From a virus, in IMG/VR virus record IMGVR_UViG_3300022689_000474, positions 1 to 64,000 of that record: a stretch of 64,000 nt of DNA. The stretch is one strand, 5' to 3'. Below, one piece after another: positions 8,426 to 19,000 of this stretch. Each line of letters begins with the position of its first letter. The first letter of the stretch is position 1. The notes below the pieces were generated by a model. It was not told where the DNA came from and did no database searches. It saw nothing but the letters and a program-made list of their open reading frames with translations. The position numbers and the translations under genes were made by a program.

Positions 8426-9811
8426 TTATTGTAATAGATAAACATTTTCTTTAGCTCTAGTAATAGCAACATATAATAATTTATACATTTCTTCTAGACT
8501 TTTAGAATTTGTACCTTTCATATTTATAATACTTCTTATTTCTTTAGCATTTATAAATACATTCTCATAAGTAGAACCTTGTGATTTATGTACGGTCATA
8601 CAATAAGAATATTTTACAGGATGAAAAGTTCTAGAGATTTTATAGTAATCTAAATAGTTTGGTCTTTTTCTCTTATCAAAGTTATTCTTTTCTACTTTAG
8701 TTCTTACTTCTTTTACACACTTATCATAACTATCTTTATCAAATGGGTCTATAACTCTTATAATATATTCATTTCCACTTTCATTCCTACCATACAAATT
8801 ATAACCTCTCCAAGTTATATGAGGAAAGAGTTTATTTTCAAAATAATGGGGCTCTACTTTATCAATAATAAATTCCTCAGAGCTAGATAATATTACAGAA
8901 GAGTTCTTAATACTTGGTACTTCTAAACAAGTTGAATCTGCTACTAATGTTTCCCCTTCAATATATGGAGGTGCATCTTTTCCATATATTGAAGTTCTAA
9001 CTAAGCTATTTATTCTAGAAACTTCTCTATTAGTCCAAACTAAACTTCTACAATAATCAGTATCAATCTTGTATTTCTCATCTTTATAATGATCTATAAG
9101 AGATTGAATCCAATCATTCTCTTTTAAGTCCATTACCCCTTTACCATCAATAGTATCTTCATTAATTCTAGATATAAGTTTATTCTGTGTTTGATAATCT
9201 CTTATCTTCTTAGAAACTTTAAGTATAGTTCCTTTATATCTTATAATATCTGTTAATCTAGCTTTAGGAAAAATATCGGAGAAACATAAAGACATAGTTT
9301 CTCCGACAGGAGGTAATTGACAAGGATCTCCTACAAATATTAAGTTCTGATTATTTATTAATCCTGAAGAAGAAAAGTGATTATAGAATACATCAAATAA
9401 ATATTTTGGTACCATAGAAGCTTCATCTATGATTATCAAAGAAAAATCATATATTCTATTAATACTACCTTTATCTACAGTAAAAACTTCTTTATCTTTT
9501 TTATAATCATATTTAGGTTTTAATCCTAATAACCTAGCACAAGTTAATATAGATATCTTTCTTAGAAGACAAGGATTTAAGTTATATATAAAATTCCTTA
9601 TAACTTTACAAGCTTTATTTGTTGGAGCCGATATACATATAGTTTCTTCTTGTTTATTTAAATCTTCTGCTAATTTACATATTAAATAAGACTTTCCTGT
9701 TCCAGCATAACCTTCTATTGTCATAATATTCTGATATTCTTCACGGATAAAATTCATTATCTGACTATAAGCTCTTTTTTGTTCTGTAGTAAGATCAACC
9801 GTGGATATCAT
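8426..9811 (-). CDS. SF1B DNA helicase (Dda/RecD-like)
   Basis: GYAGTGKS, APTNKA, DEASM, GDPCQLPPV, TVHKSQGSTY, YVAITRAK. Confidence 0.95.
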   Translation of the reverse strand: MISTVDLTTEQKRAYSQIMNFIREEYQNIMTIEGYAGTGKSYLICKLAEDLNKQEETICISAPTNKACKVIRNFIYNLNPCLLRKISILTCARLLGLKPKYDYKKDKEVFTVDKGSINRIYDFSLIIIDEASMVPKYLFDVFYNHFSSSGLINNQNLIFVGDPCQLPPVGETMSLCFSDIFPKARLTDIIRYKGTILKVSKKIRDYQTQNKLISRINEDTIDGKGVMDLKENDWIQSLIDHYKDEKYKIDTDYCRSLVWTNREVSRINSLVRTSIYGKDAPPYIEGETLVADSTCLEVPSIKNSSVILSSSEEFIIDKVEPHYFENKLFPHITWRGYNLYGRNESGNEYIIRVIDPFDKDSYDKCVKEVRTKVEKNNFDKRKRPNYLDYYKISRTFHPVKYSYCMTVHKSQGSTYENVFINAKEIRSIINMKGTNSKSLEEMYKLLYVAITRAKENVYLLQ

Positions 9812-9952
9812 AACAATTTAACTCCAATAATATCTTTTTTATGTTAAATAAAATAAATATTTATTTATTTAAAGTATATATAAGAATATTAATAAATCTT
9901 TTAAATGATTAAATAATTCATTAGGAATAATAGTCTTCTTGACCATGATTAA

Positions 9953-10660
9953 TTAACTTTTATTATTATTATTATTTGATTTCTTTTTTTTCTTATAAGA
10001 TTTATCTTGTATCTTTTTAATTCTACTTTTTCTTATTCTAATCCATTCTTCTTTATATTCCTCTAGTTTCATTATTATATCTTCTTCTATTTTTTTATTC
10101 CATAAAAAAATACCATCATTATATTTTGAATATATTTTCTTTTTCAAGTCATCAGGTTTATCTGAGAGAAAAGATATAACATACATTTCAAATGTTTTAC
10201 TTAAATTATCATAATAGAATGTGTCTTTTGGTAAAAAGATCCTATAGAATCCTTTATCATTTGCAAATAAACCATATTCAGGATTAGTGGTTCTATTATG
10301 ATTAGGTTCATAAAGTTCTATATGTAAATAATTACTTTTTTTTAAAGCGTAAGTATCTAATAATTTATCTTCTAATACATTTTCTCCAAGATTATTCTTT
10401 AATTTTTCTATATCTTTTAATACATTAAATTCTTCTGTATCTAAATTATTTTTATTTAGATGTTTACCACCTTTTTTTTTATTAATATTTTTCTTTATTT
10501 TTTTTAATTGAGCTTTATATAATTTTTCATAATACTTTCTATTATATTGATAAACTATATTTAAGATACAAGAATTAAAACATATCTTTAAAATATCAGA
10601 TTGTAATAAAGAATGATTTCCAAAGGTGACTATTTTCTTTCCACATTCTAATGTGCTCAT
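9953..10660 (-). CDS. Lys-rich hypothetical protein
   Basis: 235-aa ORF with GGAGG SD. Confidence 0.65.
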   Translation of the reverse strand: MSTLECGKKIVTFGNHSLLQSDILKICFNSCILNIVYQYNRKYYEKLYKAQLKKIKKNINKKKGGKHLNKNNLDTEEFNVLKDIEKLKNNLGENVLEDKLLDTYALKKSNYLHIELYEPNHNRTTNPEYGLFANDKGFYRIFLPKDTFYYDNLSKTFEMYVISFLSDKPDDLKKKIYSKYNDGIFLWNKKIEEDIIMKLEEYKEEWIRIRKSRIKKIQDKSYKKKKKSNNNNNKS

Positions 10661-10688
10661 TGTGTATCCTCCATTTAATTCATACTAA

Positions 10689-10937
10689 TTACTTTATATT
10701 TAAATTTATATCAAAAGATAAATCAGGTAAAATAATTAAATATTTATTATTATCTAAAACATAAGATATATAAGTCTTACTCAATTCTTTTAATGTATTT
10801 TCCATAATATCTAAGAGTTCATCATTACCTTGTAACTTAAGATTATTTTTATAACGAGTTATTAAGTCTTCTGAGAATAAAGGTTCTTTTAAACCTTCTA
10901 TGTTTTTCTTTAGGAATTTGATGAAGTATATAGACAT
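10689..10937 (-). CDS. hypothetical protein
   Basis: 82-aa ORF. Confidence 0.5.
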   Translation of the reverse strand: MSIYFIKFLKKNIEGLKEPLFSEDLITRYKNNLKLQGNDELLDIMENTLKELSKTYISYVLDNNKYLIILPDLSFDINLNIK

Positions 10938-10949
10938 AATGATAAATGA

Positions 10950-11558
10950 TTATTTCATCTTATAATAAAGGTCAGGAGATATGATTAAGTCTAATTGAGG
11001 ATATTTTGAGTTAAGAAATGAAATGACTTCTTGAGTATTATTATGTATAAGATCAACACATCTTAACAGAGGAATAATACCGTAACTTAAACAAATATTT
11101 AAAGAAGATTCAACAAGTTTAAGGTAATCATAACAACTCATAATATTAGAGTTAGAATCTTTATTAATAATATTATTATTAGAGATAGTTTTTATATCAA
11201 GACTTATACTATCAAGTAATTCTTCTTCAAAGATTTTCTCAAGTAAATAAGGATTAGTACCATTAGTATATAATTTAGTTTTTAGATTATTAACTTTACA
11301 GAATCTCAAAGAATCTATTAATTTATTATTCCATATAGTTGGTTCTCCTCCTAAAAAGGTAATACTTTTAATCATAGGATTCTGTAAAACGTTATTACTT
11401 ATAATATCTAATGAATCTACACCCTCAATGGTTTTATCAGTTACAAAATCATAATTAAAACAATGATAACAATTCAAGTTACAACCTGAACAAAATAGAA
11501 CTAAAGATAAGAAAGGTTTAAATTCTTGATAACTTTCATTAAAAGATAATATATTCAT
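10950..11558 (-). CDS. nrdG: anaerobic ribonucleotide reductase activating enzyme (radical SAM)
   Basis: CNLNCYHC, FLGGEPT, YTNG, SLDIK; adjacent to nrdD. Confidence 0.92.
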   Translation of the reverse strand: MNILSFNESYQEFKPFLSLVLFCSGCNLNCYHCFNYDFVTDKTIEGVDSLDIISNNVLQNPMIKSITFLGGEPTIWNNKLIDSLRFCKVNNLKTKLYTNGTNPYLLEKIFEEELLDSISLDIKTISNNNIINKDSNSNIMSCYDYLKLVESSLNICLSYGIIPLLRCVDLIHNNTQEVISFLNSKYPQLDLIISPDLYYKMK

Positions 11559-11580
11559 AATTATTTAAAAGATAAATAGA

Positions 11581-11604
11581 TAAAGGAGATTAAAATCTCC
11601 TTTA
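11581..11604 (-). terminator. hairpin between nrdD and nrdG
   Basis: TAAAGGAGAT-taaa-ATCTCCTTTA. Confidence 0.6.
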
Positions 11605-11634
11605 ATAAAGTAAAATAATAATATATTTAAAGAA

Positions 11635-13665
11635 TCATTCAATCAATGAAGAAGAATAAAACATCCTTTTATTAAACTCATTTCTTCTTTCTTCATTCCA
11701 ATTAGATTTTCTAGTTATATATCCAACGACCCTACTATAATGAGAATCTACTTCTTCATTAGTAATAGGGCAAATATCATGTTTACCGATACTAAAGACT
11801 TTAGAATATTTAGATTGACTAAAAACATAATTAATAGCGAAATAGACAACATTTAAATCTTTAGCGTTAGTAATAAGATCTTTAAACTGTAAAGGTTCAA
11901 TAGGTTCAGAATCATCTATATTTATATGGACAATAGCACCTCCAGTAGTAAATTTATCCATTTGTCCTTGTAATTTTAATCTATCATAAATAGAGATAAG
12001 ATCTTTATTATTCTTATGTGATAGGGTTAAAGGGACATATTGATTACTATATATTTTATATTTATTAGGATTCTTTTCAAGTAAAGTATCAATATTAGCT
12101 AATCTTACAGCCATACATTCACCAGGTATTTGTTCTATATTAAATCTAATATCAGATTGTTTATTCCAAATATCAACTTCTTGTCCAATAGAACTTAATA
12201 AAGAAATTAATTCTTTATTTCCTTCTTCAGAAAAGATATCTAATCCTAAATTATTTATATACTCATAAGCACCAATAAAACCTACAGTACAATATTGTTT
12301 TTTAAGAAATAACCAATCAGAAGAATATAAAGGTAATAATCCCTTATGTACTAAATCTTCAACTATTAATCTATGAGAGATAAGTATTTTATTTACTTGA
12401 GATAATTTATCTTTTAAACTCTTTTGTATATCATGTTCTAGAGCCAATCTAGGCAGATTTATACCACAAACTCTAGTACTACCAATTTCAAGACCGCCTA
12501 CACCAAAGGAATTATTATATTCTAAATCTTGTATTGCAGAGAAATCATTTATAAGTCTACAACAAGTAGAGTATTTATATGGTGGAGCTTGAAATATATT
12601 GCCTAAAGCTTTTTTACAATTAACTTCAGACATCCATTCTATAAAAGAGGGGTCTATATAATCACCATTTTCATCAATGGAAGCAGCTAATGTAATTACT
12701 GGAAAAGTAAATAAAGACTCTTCAGAGTTAATATGAGAGAAATATTCAAAGAAATCTTTAGAGAGTTCAATACTACTATTAATATTAGGTCTATGAATAA
12801 TATCGTCTTCTATCTTAATAATATAATCTTTAAATAAATTATCCATAAATCCTTTATCCATAATACTTAAATTAACAAAGCTTGACTCACCTCCATCCCT
12901 ACAAGGAGTATTAAGACTATAAATAAGACTTTGAAATTCATTATGAATAAAACACACCATTTCTTTATCTGATTTATCTCTTAATACTTTTATATAATCT
13001 AGTCCGAATTGTTTTCTATAATAATAGTCCAGAATAACAAATAAAGATGGGTAACTAATAGCTCCACTTATCTGATTACTAGCGAATGCAGTAGTTTGAA
13101 CTACCTGTTGAATAAAACTCATACTTCTCTTTGGAGGTCGGATAAAAATATTACCATTACCTCTATAAAAATCCATACCTTTAGTAACTAATTTACCAAT
13201 ATCAAAAGCATAACAATATGGATAAATACCTTTACTTAAATCATTAAAAAATAAACTTCCATTTATTATAGATTCTATACAGTTATCCGCTTCTAATTCT
13301 CCGTATAGTTCTTTTATCTTAGAATATATCTTATATAGACTATATAATTTCTGTAGAGCTTTAGGAGCTTCATTCCTAAAAGTAGTTATAGAGGAATATA
13401 AAGTATTAGCATTACTATCTACTGTAAAATCTGAGACTATATCTTTATTATCAAAGAATCTCTCCATAAAGTCTAAAATATTAAGACTTTGAGGATCTAT
13501 ACCATTTTCTTTGAGTACTTTATTTCCATATATCTCAAGGCAATTATTATAAAGATTAACAAAAGATTTATCCAATTTAACTTCTATATTTAATGAAGAG
13601 ATATCTAATGAATCTTTTTCATTTACTACATCTATAGTTTTTTCTGACAATGTATTTAAATTCAT
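11635..13665 (-). CDS. nrdD: class III (anaerobic) ribonucleoside-triphosphate reductase
   Basis: YPYCYA, FTFPV, STCCRL, INLPRLA, EQIPGE, GGAI, glycyl-radical loop SRVVGY; no ATP cone. Confidence 0.95.
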   Translation of the reverse strand: MNLNTLSEKTIDVVNEKDSLDISSLNIEVKLDKSFVNLYNNCLEIYGNKVLKENGIDPQSLNILDFMERFFDNKDIVSDFTVDSNANTLYSSITTFRNEAPKALQKLYSLYKIYSKIKELYGELEADNCIESIINGSLFFNDLSKGIYPYCYAFDIGKLVTKGMDFYRGNGNIFIRPPKRSMSFIQQVVQTTAFASNQISGAISYPSLFVILDYYYRKQFGLDYIKVLRDKSDKEMVCFIHNEFQSLIYSLNTPCRDGGESSFVNLSIMDKGFMDNLFKDYIIKIEDDIIHRPNINSSIELSKDFFEYFSHINSEESLFTFPVITLAASIDENGDYIDPSFIEWMSEVNCKKALGNIFQAPPYKYSTCCRLINDFSAIQDLEYNNSFGVGGLEIGSTRVCGINLPRLALEHDIQKSLKDKLSQVNKILISHRLIVEDLVHKGLLPLYSSDWLFLKKQYCTVGFIGAYEYINNLGLDIFSEEGNKELISLLSSIGQEVDIWNKQSDIRFNIEQIPGECMAVRLANIDTLLEKNPNKYKIYSNQYVPLTLSHKNNKDLISIYDRLKLQGQMDKFTTGGAIVHINIDDSEPIEPLQFKDLITNAKDLNVVYFAINYVFSQSKYSKVFSIGKHDICPITNEEVDSHYSRVVGYITRKSNWNEERRNEFNKRMFYSSSLIE

Positions 13666-13811
13666 ATTAAACCCTTTCTTTATATATAAAGATTATCAAT
13701 AATTTATTGAAGACATTTATTTATAATATAGTAAATGATAGAATATATAGGTAGTAAAAACTAATACGTCTGTAAAGGATCAATAAGCATTTAAAATATA
13801 TATATACATAA

Positions 13812-13847
13812 TAAATACCAACTAAAGTTCAATTTAGTTGGTATTTA
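13812..13847 (-). terminator. 15-bp hairpin
   Basis: TAAATACCAACTAAA-gttcaa-TTTAGTTGGTATTTA just after the 13871 stop. Confidence 0.7.
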
Positions 13848-13870
13848 ATGTACTTATTATATTTCTTTAT

Positions 13871-14419
13871 TTACAATGAGATATAACTTGAATGATAATA
13901 TGGGATGTCCATTATACTTTTATAAGGTAATAAAATCTTGGGTAGTGTAGTAAGAGTAACTATAGAATGGATAGTATTTTCATCATTATTACAAATAGTT
14001 CTTATTCTATTTATATTAGATACATTAAGTGTTTCTTGTATTAAGGGAATTTCAACTCTTTTGGAACTATTACATTTTCTAATAGATTCATTGATGATAT
14101 TAATATATCTTTTACAAGCATAACAACATTCTTGATCATCTACATTATTATTATTAATTAATGTAATTACATGAAAATATAATTCATATATCCTATATTT
14201 CAAAGTATATAAATATCTATTCAATATAAATACTCCATGTTCCTGTAAATCTATCTTACCTAATATCTTTTTAAATTCATTAGAACCATAATTTTTTAAG
14301 GAAACTTGTGTTCTAATAGTATTATCATCTTTTAGTTTATATATCTTTATTTTTATATCTTCTATACATAAAGTTTTATCTTGTAGATAAAATCTTCTGA
14401 AATAATAATCCTTTTCCAT
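13871..14419 (-). CDS. hypothetical protein
   Basis: 182-aa ORF containing CCYAC. Confidence 0.6.
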   Translation of the reverse strand: MEKDYYFRRFYLQDKTLCIEDIKIKIYKLKDDNTIRTQVSLKNYGSNEFKKILGKIDLQEHGVFILNRYLYTLKYRIYELYFHVITLINNNNVDDQECCYACKRYINIINESIRKCNSSKRVEIPLIQETLNVSNINRIRTICNNDENTIHSIVTLTTLPKILLPYKSIMDIPYYHSSYISL

Positions 14420-14517
14420 AACTTTAATTTATCCATTATAAATAAAATCTTTATGAACTTAATGTAACTATAATATAAAACTCTAAAAGGTATTGTGTTG
14501 TAAACCGTAAAAATTAT

Positions 14518-14916
14518 TTAGGGATCACCGTCTAAAATAGCATTATATAAGGACTCATCGATATTATCATAAATTTGTTCAATTAGTCGATCTTTTTCAG
14601 TATTAGTAAGACTATATTTCCTAGTAAAATCTTCAACTATAAGATTAGATAATATATGTAAAGGATTAGAAGGATAAATAACCTCTTCTATAAGAATAAG
14701 ATTCTCTAATATAGTATCTAAAATTTCTTCTTCTTCAGACAAAGGGTATTCAAGTAAAAATACACCACATTCATTAGTTTCTAATATGTCATTATTAAAG
14801 CCAAGTCTATATACTTTAGAATTATTCTCAGGAGGGATAATACCTTTAGATACGAGAATAACAGTAAAATAAGAAAGATTATTTATATAAGCCTTAAAAG
14901 ATAAAGCAGGTCTCAT
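14518..14916 (-). CDS. hypothetical protein
   Basis: 132-aa ORF. Confidence 0.6.
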   Translation of the reverse strand: MRPALSFKAYINNLSYFTVILVSKGIIPPENNSKVYRLGFNNDILETNECGVFLLEYPLSEEEEILDTILENLILIEEVIYPSNPLHILSNLIVEDFTRKYSLTNTEKDRLIEQIYDNIDESLYNAILDGDP

Positions 14917-14978
14917 AATATTTAGATAATGTTTGTATACTTACAACTTTTATAGATTTATAAGTATTATTGATATAA

Positions 14979-15608
14979 CTAAGTATAACTGATCCATCCA
15001 TTGATAGTAAATCTTCCAGATTTAAAATCATTCTTTTCTGATTCCATATCTTTATAGTTAACATTTGTAACCTCATGTAAAGTTTTACTTAGAAAAGTAA
15101 TTAAAGTATCACTGATTGGTTCAATTAAGACATGATTATTATTATCATCATCATAAAGTTTTAGATTACCACCATCAAATCTTTTAGGTTCAATATAAAA
15201 ATAATATACAAAAGTAATAACTCTATTCTTAGTTCCTTCATATACTTCTTCACTATCTCTATGAGCTTTATAGTAATTAGATTCTCCATGATGTGTTAAT
15301 TGAATTTCAATATCACTATAGTTTAGATCTTGTATATTATTAAAGAACTTCCTTTCACAATGAGGTACTATTAAAGATTTCCACCATTCAAATAATTGGT
15401 CTTCATATGTGATATAAAAAACTTTAGACTTTCTATAAGATTCTTTCGAATCTGAAGTAGTACTATCTTCAAATTGATTCTCTCTAGTAAAAGCATAATC
15501 TAATAATGCATCTTCTACTCGACCCATTTCTTTATAAGGTTTCATCCAATCTAATAGACTGATTTCTGGTAGTTCATTTAGGAAATTTCTTTCTATATAA
15601 TAAATCAT
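14979..15608 (-). CDS. 2OG-Fe(II) oxygenase (prolyl-4-hydroxylase-like)
   Basis: HxD (YKAHRD), ITFVYYF, FDGGNL, distal His (LHEV), RFTINGW. Confidence 0.9.
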   Translation of the reverse strand: MIYYIERNFLNELPEISLLDWMKPYKEMGRVEDALLDYAFTRENQFEDSTTSDSKESYRKSKVFYITYEDQLFEWWKSLIVPHCERKFFNNIQDLNYSDIEIQLTHHGESNYYKAHRDSEEVYEGTKNRVITFVYYFYIEPKRFDGGNLKLYDDDNNNHVLIEPISDTLITFLSKTLHEVTNVNYKDMESEKNDFKSGRFTINGWISYT

Positions 15609-15619
15609 AATTTTCTATT

Positions 15620-15982
15620 TTACGTATTTAATACTTCAGGAAGTGAATTAATAAAGGAATCGATATCAGGATACCATTCAGCAAAATGACCGTAAGGACC
15701 ATTCTTATTAGATATATTATTATTATATATACCTACTGTCTTCTTACCGTTCTCTAAGGAGAATCCTATCTCAATATTACTACCTCTACCTAGAGGAAAT
15801 ATAATTACATGTATATGACAATTTCTTATGGCTGATAAGGATTCCAAGCTTATTATATTATTATTTAATCTAGGTCTATTATGCCATATATAAGGTACAT
15901 TGTGACCTTTCTGTTGGATTTTTTTGATGGCTTCTGCAACGACCTCATTATTCTCACTATCACTACTTACAAATATATTCAT
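15620..15982 (-). CDS. nucleoside 2-deoxyribosyltransferase/N-glycosidase-like protein
   Basis: MNIFVSS start; AIRNCH..VII; GRGSNIEIGFS matches the G..xEiG catalytic Glu motif. Confidence 0.65.
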   Translation of the reverse strand: MNIFVSSDSENNEVVAEAIKKIQQKGHNVPYIWHNRPRLNNNIISLESLSAIRNCHIHVIIFPLGRGSNIEIGFSLENGKKTVGIYNNNISNKNGPYGHFAEWYPDIDSFINSLPEVLNT

Positions 15983-16005
15983 ATCAATTAACAATTATAT
16001 AACTT

Positions 16006-19000
16006 ATGTTCGGAATATTTAATAGAAATTCTAATCCTGATCCTAATAATTTAAATTCTCACTTATCTTCAAATATGGGAGTGGATAAAGGATTAGATCT
16101 AGGTTATATACAACATGGTACTGATACTGCTTTAAGAGGTGCAGTATTTTTTGATTACTTCTTTAATAATAACAGGAATATTAATGATTCTTATGATCCA
16201 TATGTAAATATAGGACATTCATTAAATAAAGAAGAAGTTCAAAGAATGCAGTATATGAAATATCACTCTAAAGATAGGACACAGAATCCTAATTTAGAGT
16301 TACAAGAACATGCTCGTATAGCTTTAGCTTCTAATGCTTTCACTTCATTTTCAGCTGATCTATATAATGTAACTCTAAGTGGTACTAAAGTAATCAATAG
16401 AGTCATAAATAAATCTACTCCCCAATATGATTTTTCATCTCTAAGTCCACTAGAAAGAGAAAGGAGAGAAAGAGAGGTAGATAAATATGCTGCTAGTAAT
16501 ATATATAGATATTTATTTGCACATGATACTTATGAGACTGCGGGTAAAAAGATATTTAAAAATTTAAATGTCATGGATCCTAAATTAATTGAACAAAGTA
16601 CTGAATATGGTACTGAGTATGATGGTATTTCTCAAGGTAGATGGTTAATAAATAATATCCTTAATGCAGAAGAACGTAGTAGTATTGCTAATGTTGCTAA
16701 AATACATCAGGAATTGATTTTATTAGATCCAGAAAGATTATCTAAAAGTAGAAAGGGAGTATATTCTAATCCTATAGAAGCTGTCAAACAAGTATCTGAT
16801 AGAATTATACAAGATAAAGAATATCTATCTAAACCGGGTATAAGACAAGCTGTAGCATTTATAGAAAGTGCAGAGAAAGAATTAACTATAGATCTATTCC
16901 AATTACAGAATAAAGCGATATCAGACGTATTGATAAATAAATTGACTAGAGAGAAAGATAGGATAGCTAAAGGAGATTTTAAGTTTAAAATAAGATTAGG
17001 AGCTCCTACTGGTGGAGATAGAGAAAACTTAATCGGTCATCATATATTAGGACCGAATATTATAATAATGCAAAGGTTAGGTAACCTTAGAGATGAGATA
17101 TTATTCGATCAATTGGGATATCGTTCCAGACCTAATAATAATATAAATGAAATAGTACCTTTCTTTAGTCAGGTAGATATGACTAGTAGTTATAATGAAT
17201 CTAAAAAGAATGAAGTAGATAAGATATTAAGTGATTCATTCTCTTTAGAATTTATGGATGATGGCATGTATCACCCTAAATTATTTACTAGTGATAAAGT
17301 GGCTATGGTCGGTTCATTTAACCTAACATCTCCAGTAGGTAGTTCTATATTTCAATCTGGTTCTAACTATGAAGAGATACAAGTATTAAGAAATAGATTG
17401 AATTTAGATTATGATAAGGCCGAACAAAAGGTTAATGATTATATGACAGACCCTTCAAAGGTTAATATACAGGATTTTGTTAATAGAGTAGCTAATAAAG
17501 AAAAGAAGTCTAGATATGGTAATAGAGGTCTGAATCCTCAAGAGAAAGAACTTCTGGATAAAGATACTGTGGAGACTATGTTATATCTTCAAGCTAGAAT
17601 ATTATCTAAAATGGGAGTACAAAGTCCTACAGGAGGAGGTAGTATAACAGGATTACAAATAGGTAAAGCGGGTGATATAGGTCAAGCTCTTAGAGCATCT
17701 ATTGGTTTTTTACAATCAGATAAGATTAGAGGAGATGGAAGGGTTTCAGAAATGTATATGAACTTGAACCAAGTCTGGTTACTTCAATTAGATAATGATC
17801 TTTTCTATGGTGCAGGAGGAGATTTTACTGGAGAATTTGGTCCTTCAGGTAAAGGTAGAGAGGAAGCTATAAAAGAATTGAAAAGATTGAGACCTCCTGT
17901 AGATGATTCAGGTATGGCATCTAGAAGATTTATATATAAAAGTGAAGTACAAAGTGGATTATTTGATTTAATACATCAAGGTAGAGCTTTTATTTCTGTG
18001 GATCAAAGGACTTATAGAGATAAGATATTGACACCTATGGAGGAAAAGGTCAATTATTTATTGGGAAGAAAAGAAATAGAAAGAAGGAGAAAAGAAGAAG
18101 GTTTTAGTTTATCTATTGATTCAATAAAAAGACAAGAAATAAGTGAAATAGGTAAAGGAGTATTATTGAGAGATTATGATGGTTCTATGGCTTATCTTGT
18201 ACGTAAAGCGGGTAATGATGATAATTTAAGAAGGACTTTAGGATTATCTAAACCTCAACAACCAGGAGATTTAGGATCTTATAACTACCAAAATAGTTCT
18301 ATGTTATTTGAAGGTAGAAAAGATTTATCTACTATGAATCATATTCATGAAACTAGTATCTTAAGAACTTTATCTCAATTAAAAGCTGTTACTAGTGGTC
18401 AGATAGTTCCAGTTACAGAAACGATGTCTCACGTTAAGAACTTTATGGTCATAGAAAGAAGTAGAGGACAGTCATATGATCCAGTGACTGGAGAAGGTAT
18501 AACACCATTATCTTATGTATCAGGTAGTAGTAACTTTGGTTCTTCTAGTTTAGCTTTTGAAGAAGGAGATAAAGATTATGTTAGTTCGGAATCTGGACTT
18601 ATACTCTTGGGAGATAAGATTCGAAATAGTAGGGATAGTAAAAAATATCTCTCTGATAAAGATAAGACTGCGGGTCTTAGTGATGAATATGAAGAATTAA
18701 TGTTGAAAGCTAGAGCTAAGTTTCCTATAAGAGAATGGAAAAGATTAACTAATGTAGAAATGGGTAATTTTGATTATACAGGTGCTACTCGTGAATCGGT
18801 CTGGAATGATAGAGTAAGTAGACAGGGACTTGAACAAGTAAAAAAAAGGATAGAAAGGATAAATGAAGATTTAGGTACTAATGCTATAAGTTTAATTCCT
18901 TCATATGATTCAAAAGGAGATTTAAGTTACTATACTATTAAATTTAGTAATAGTTCTGCTGTGGGGAGTTCATTTAATTCTATGTATATGGGATCTAGTA

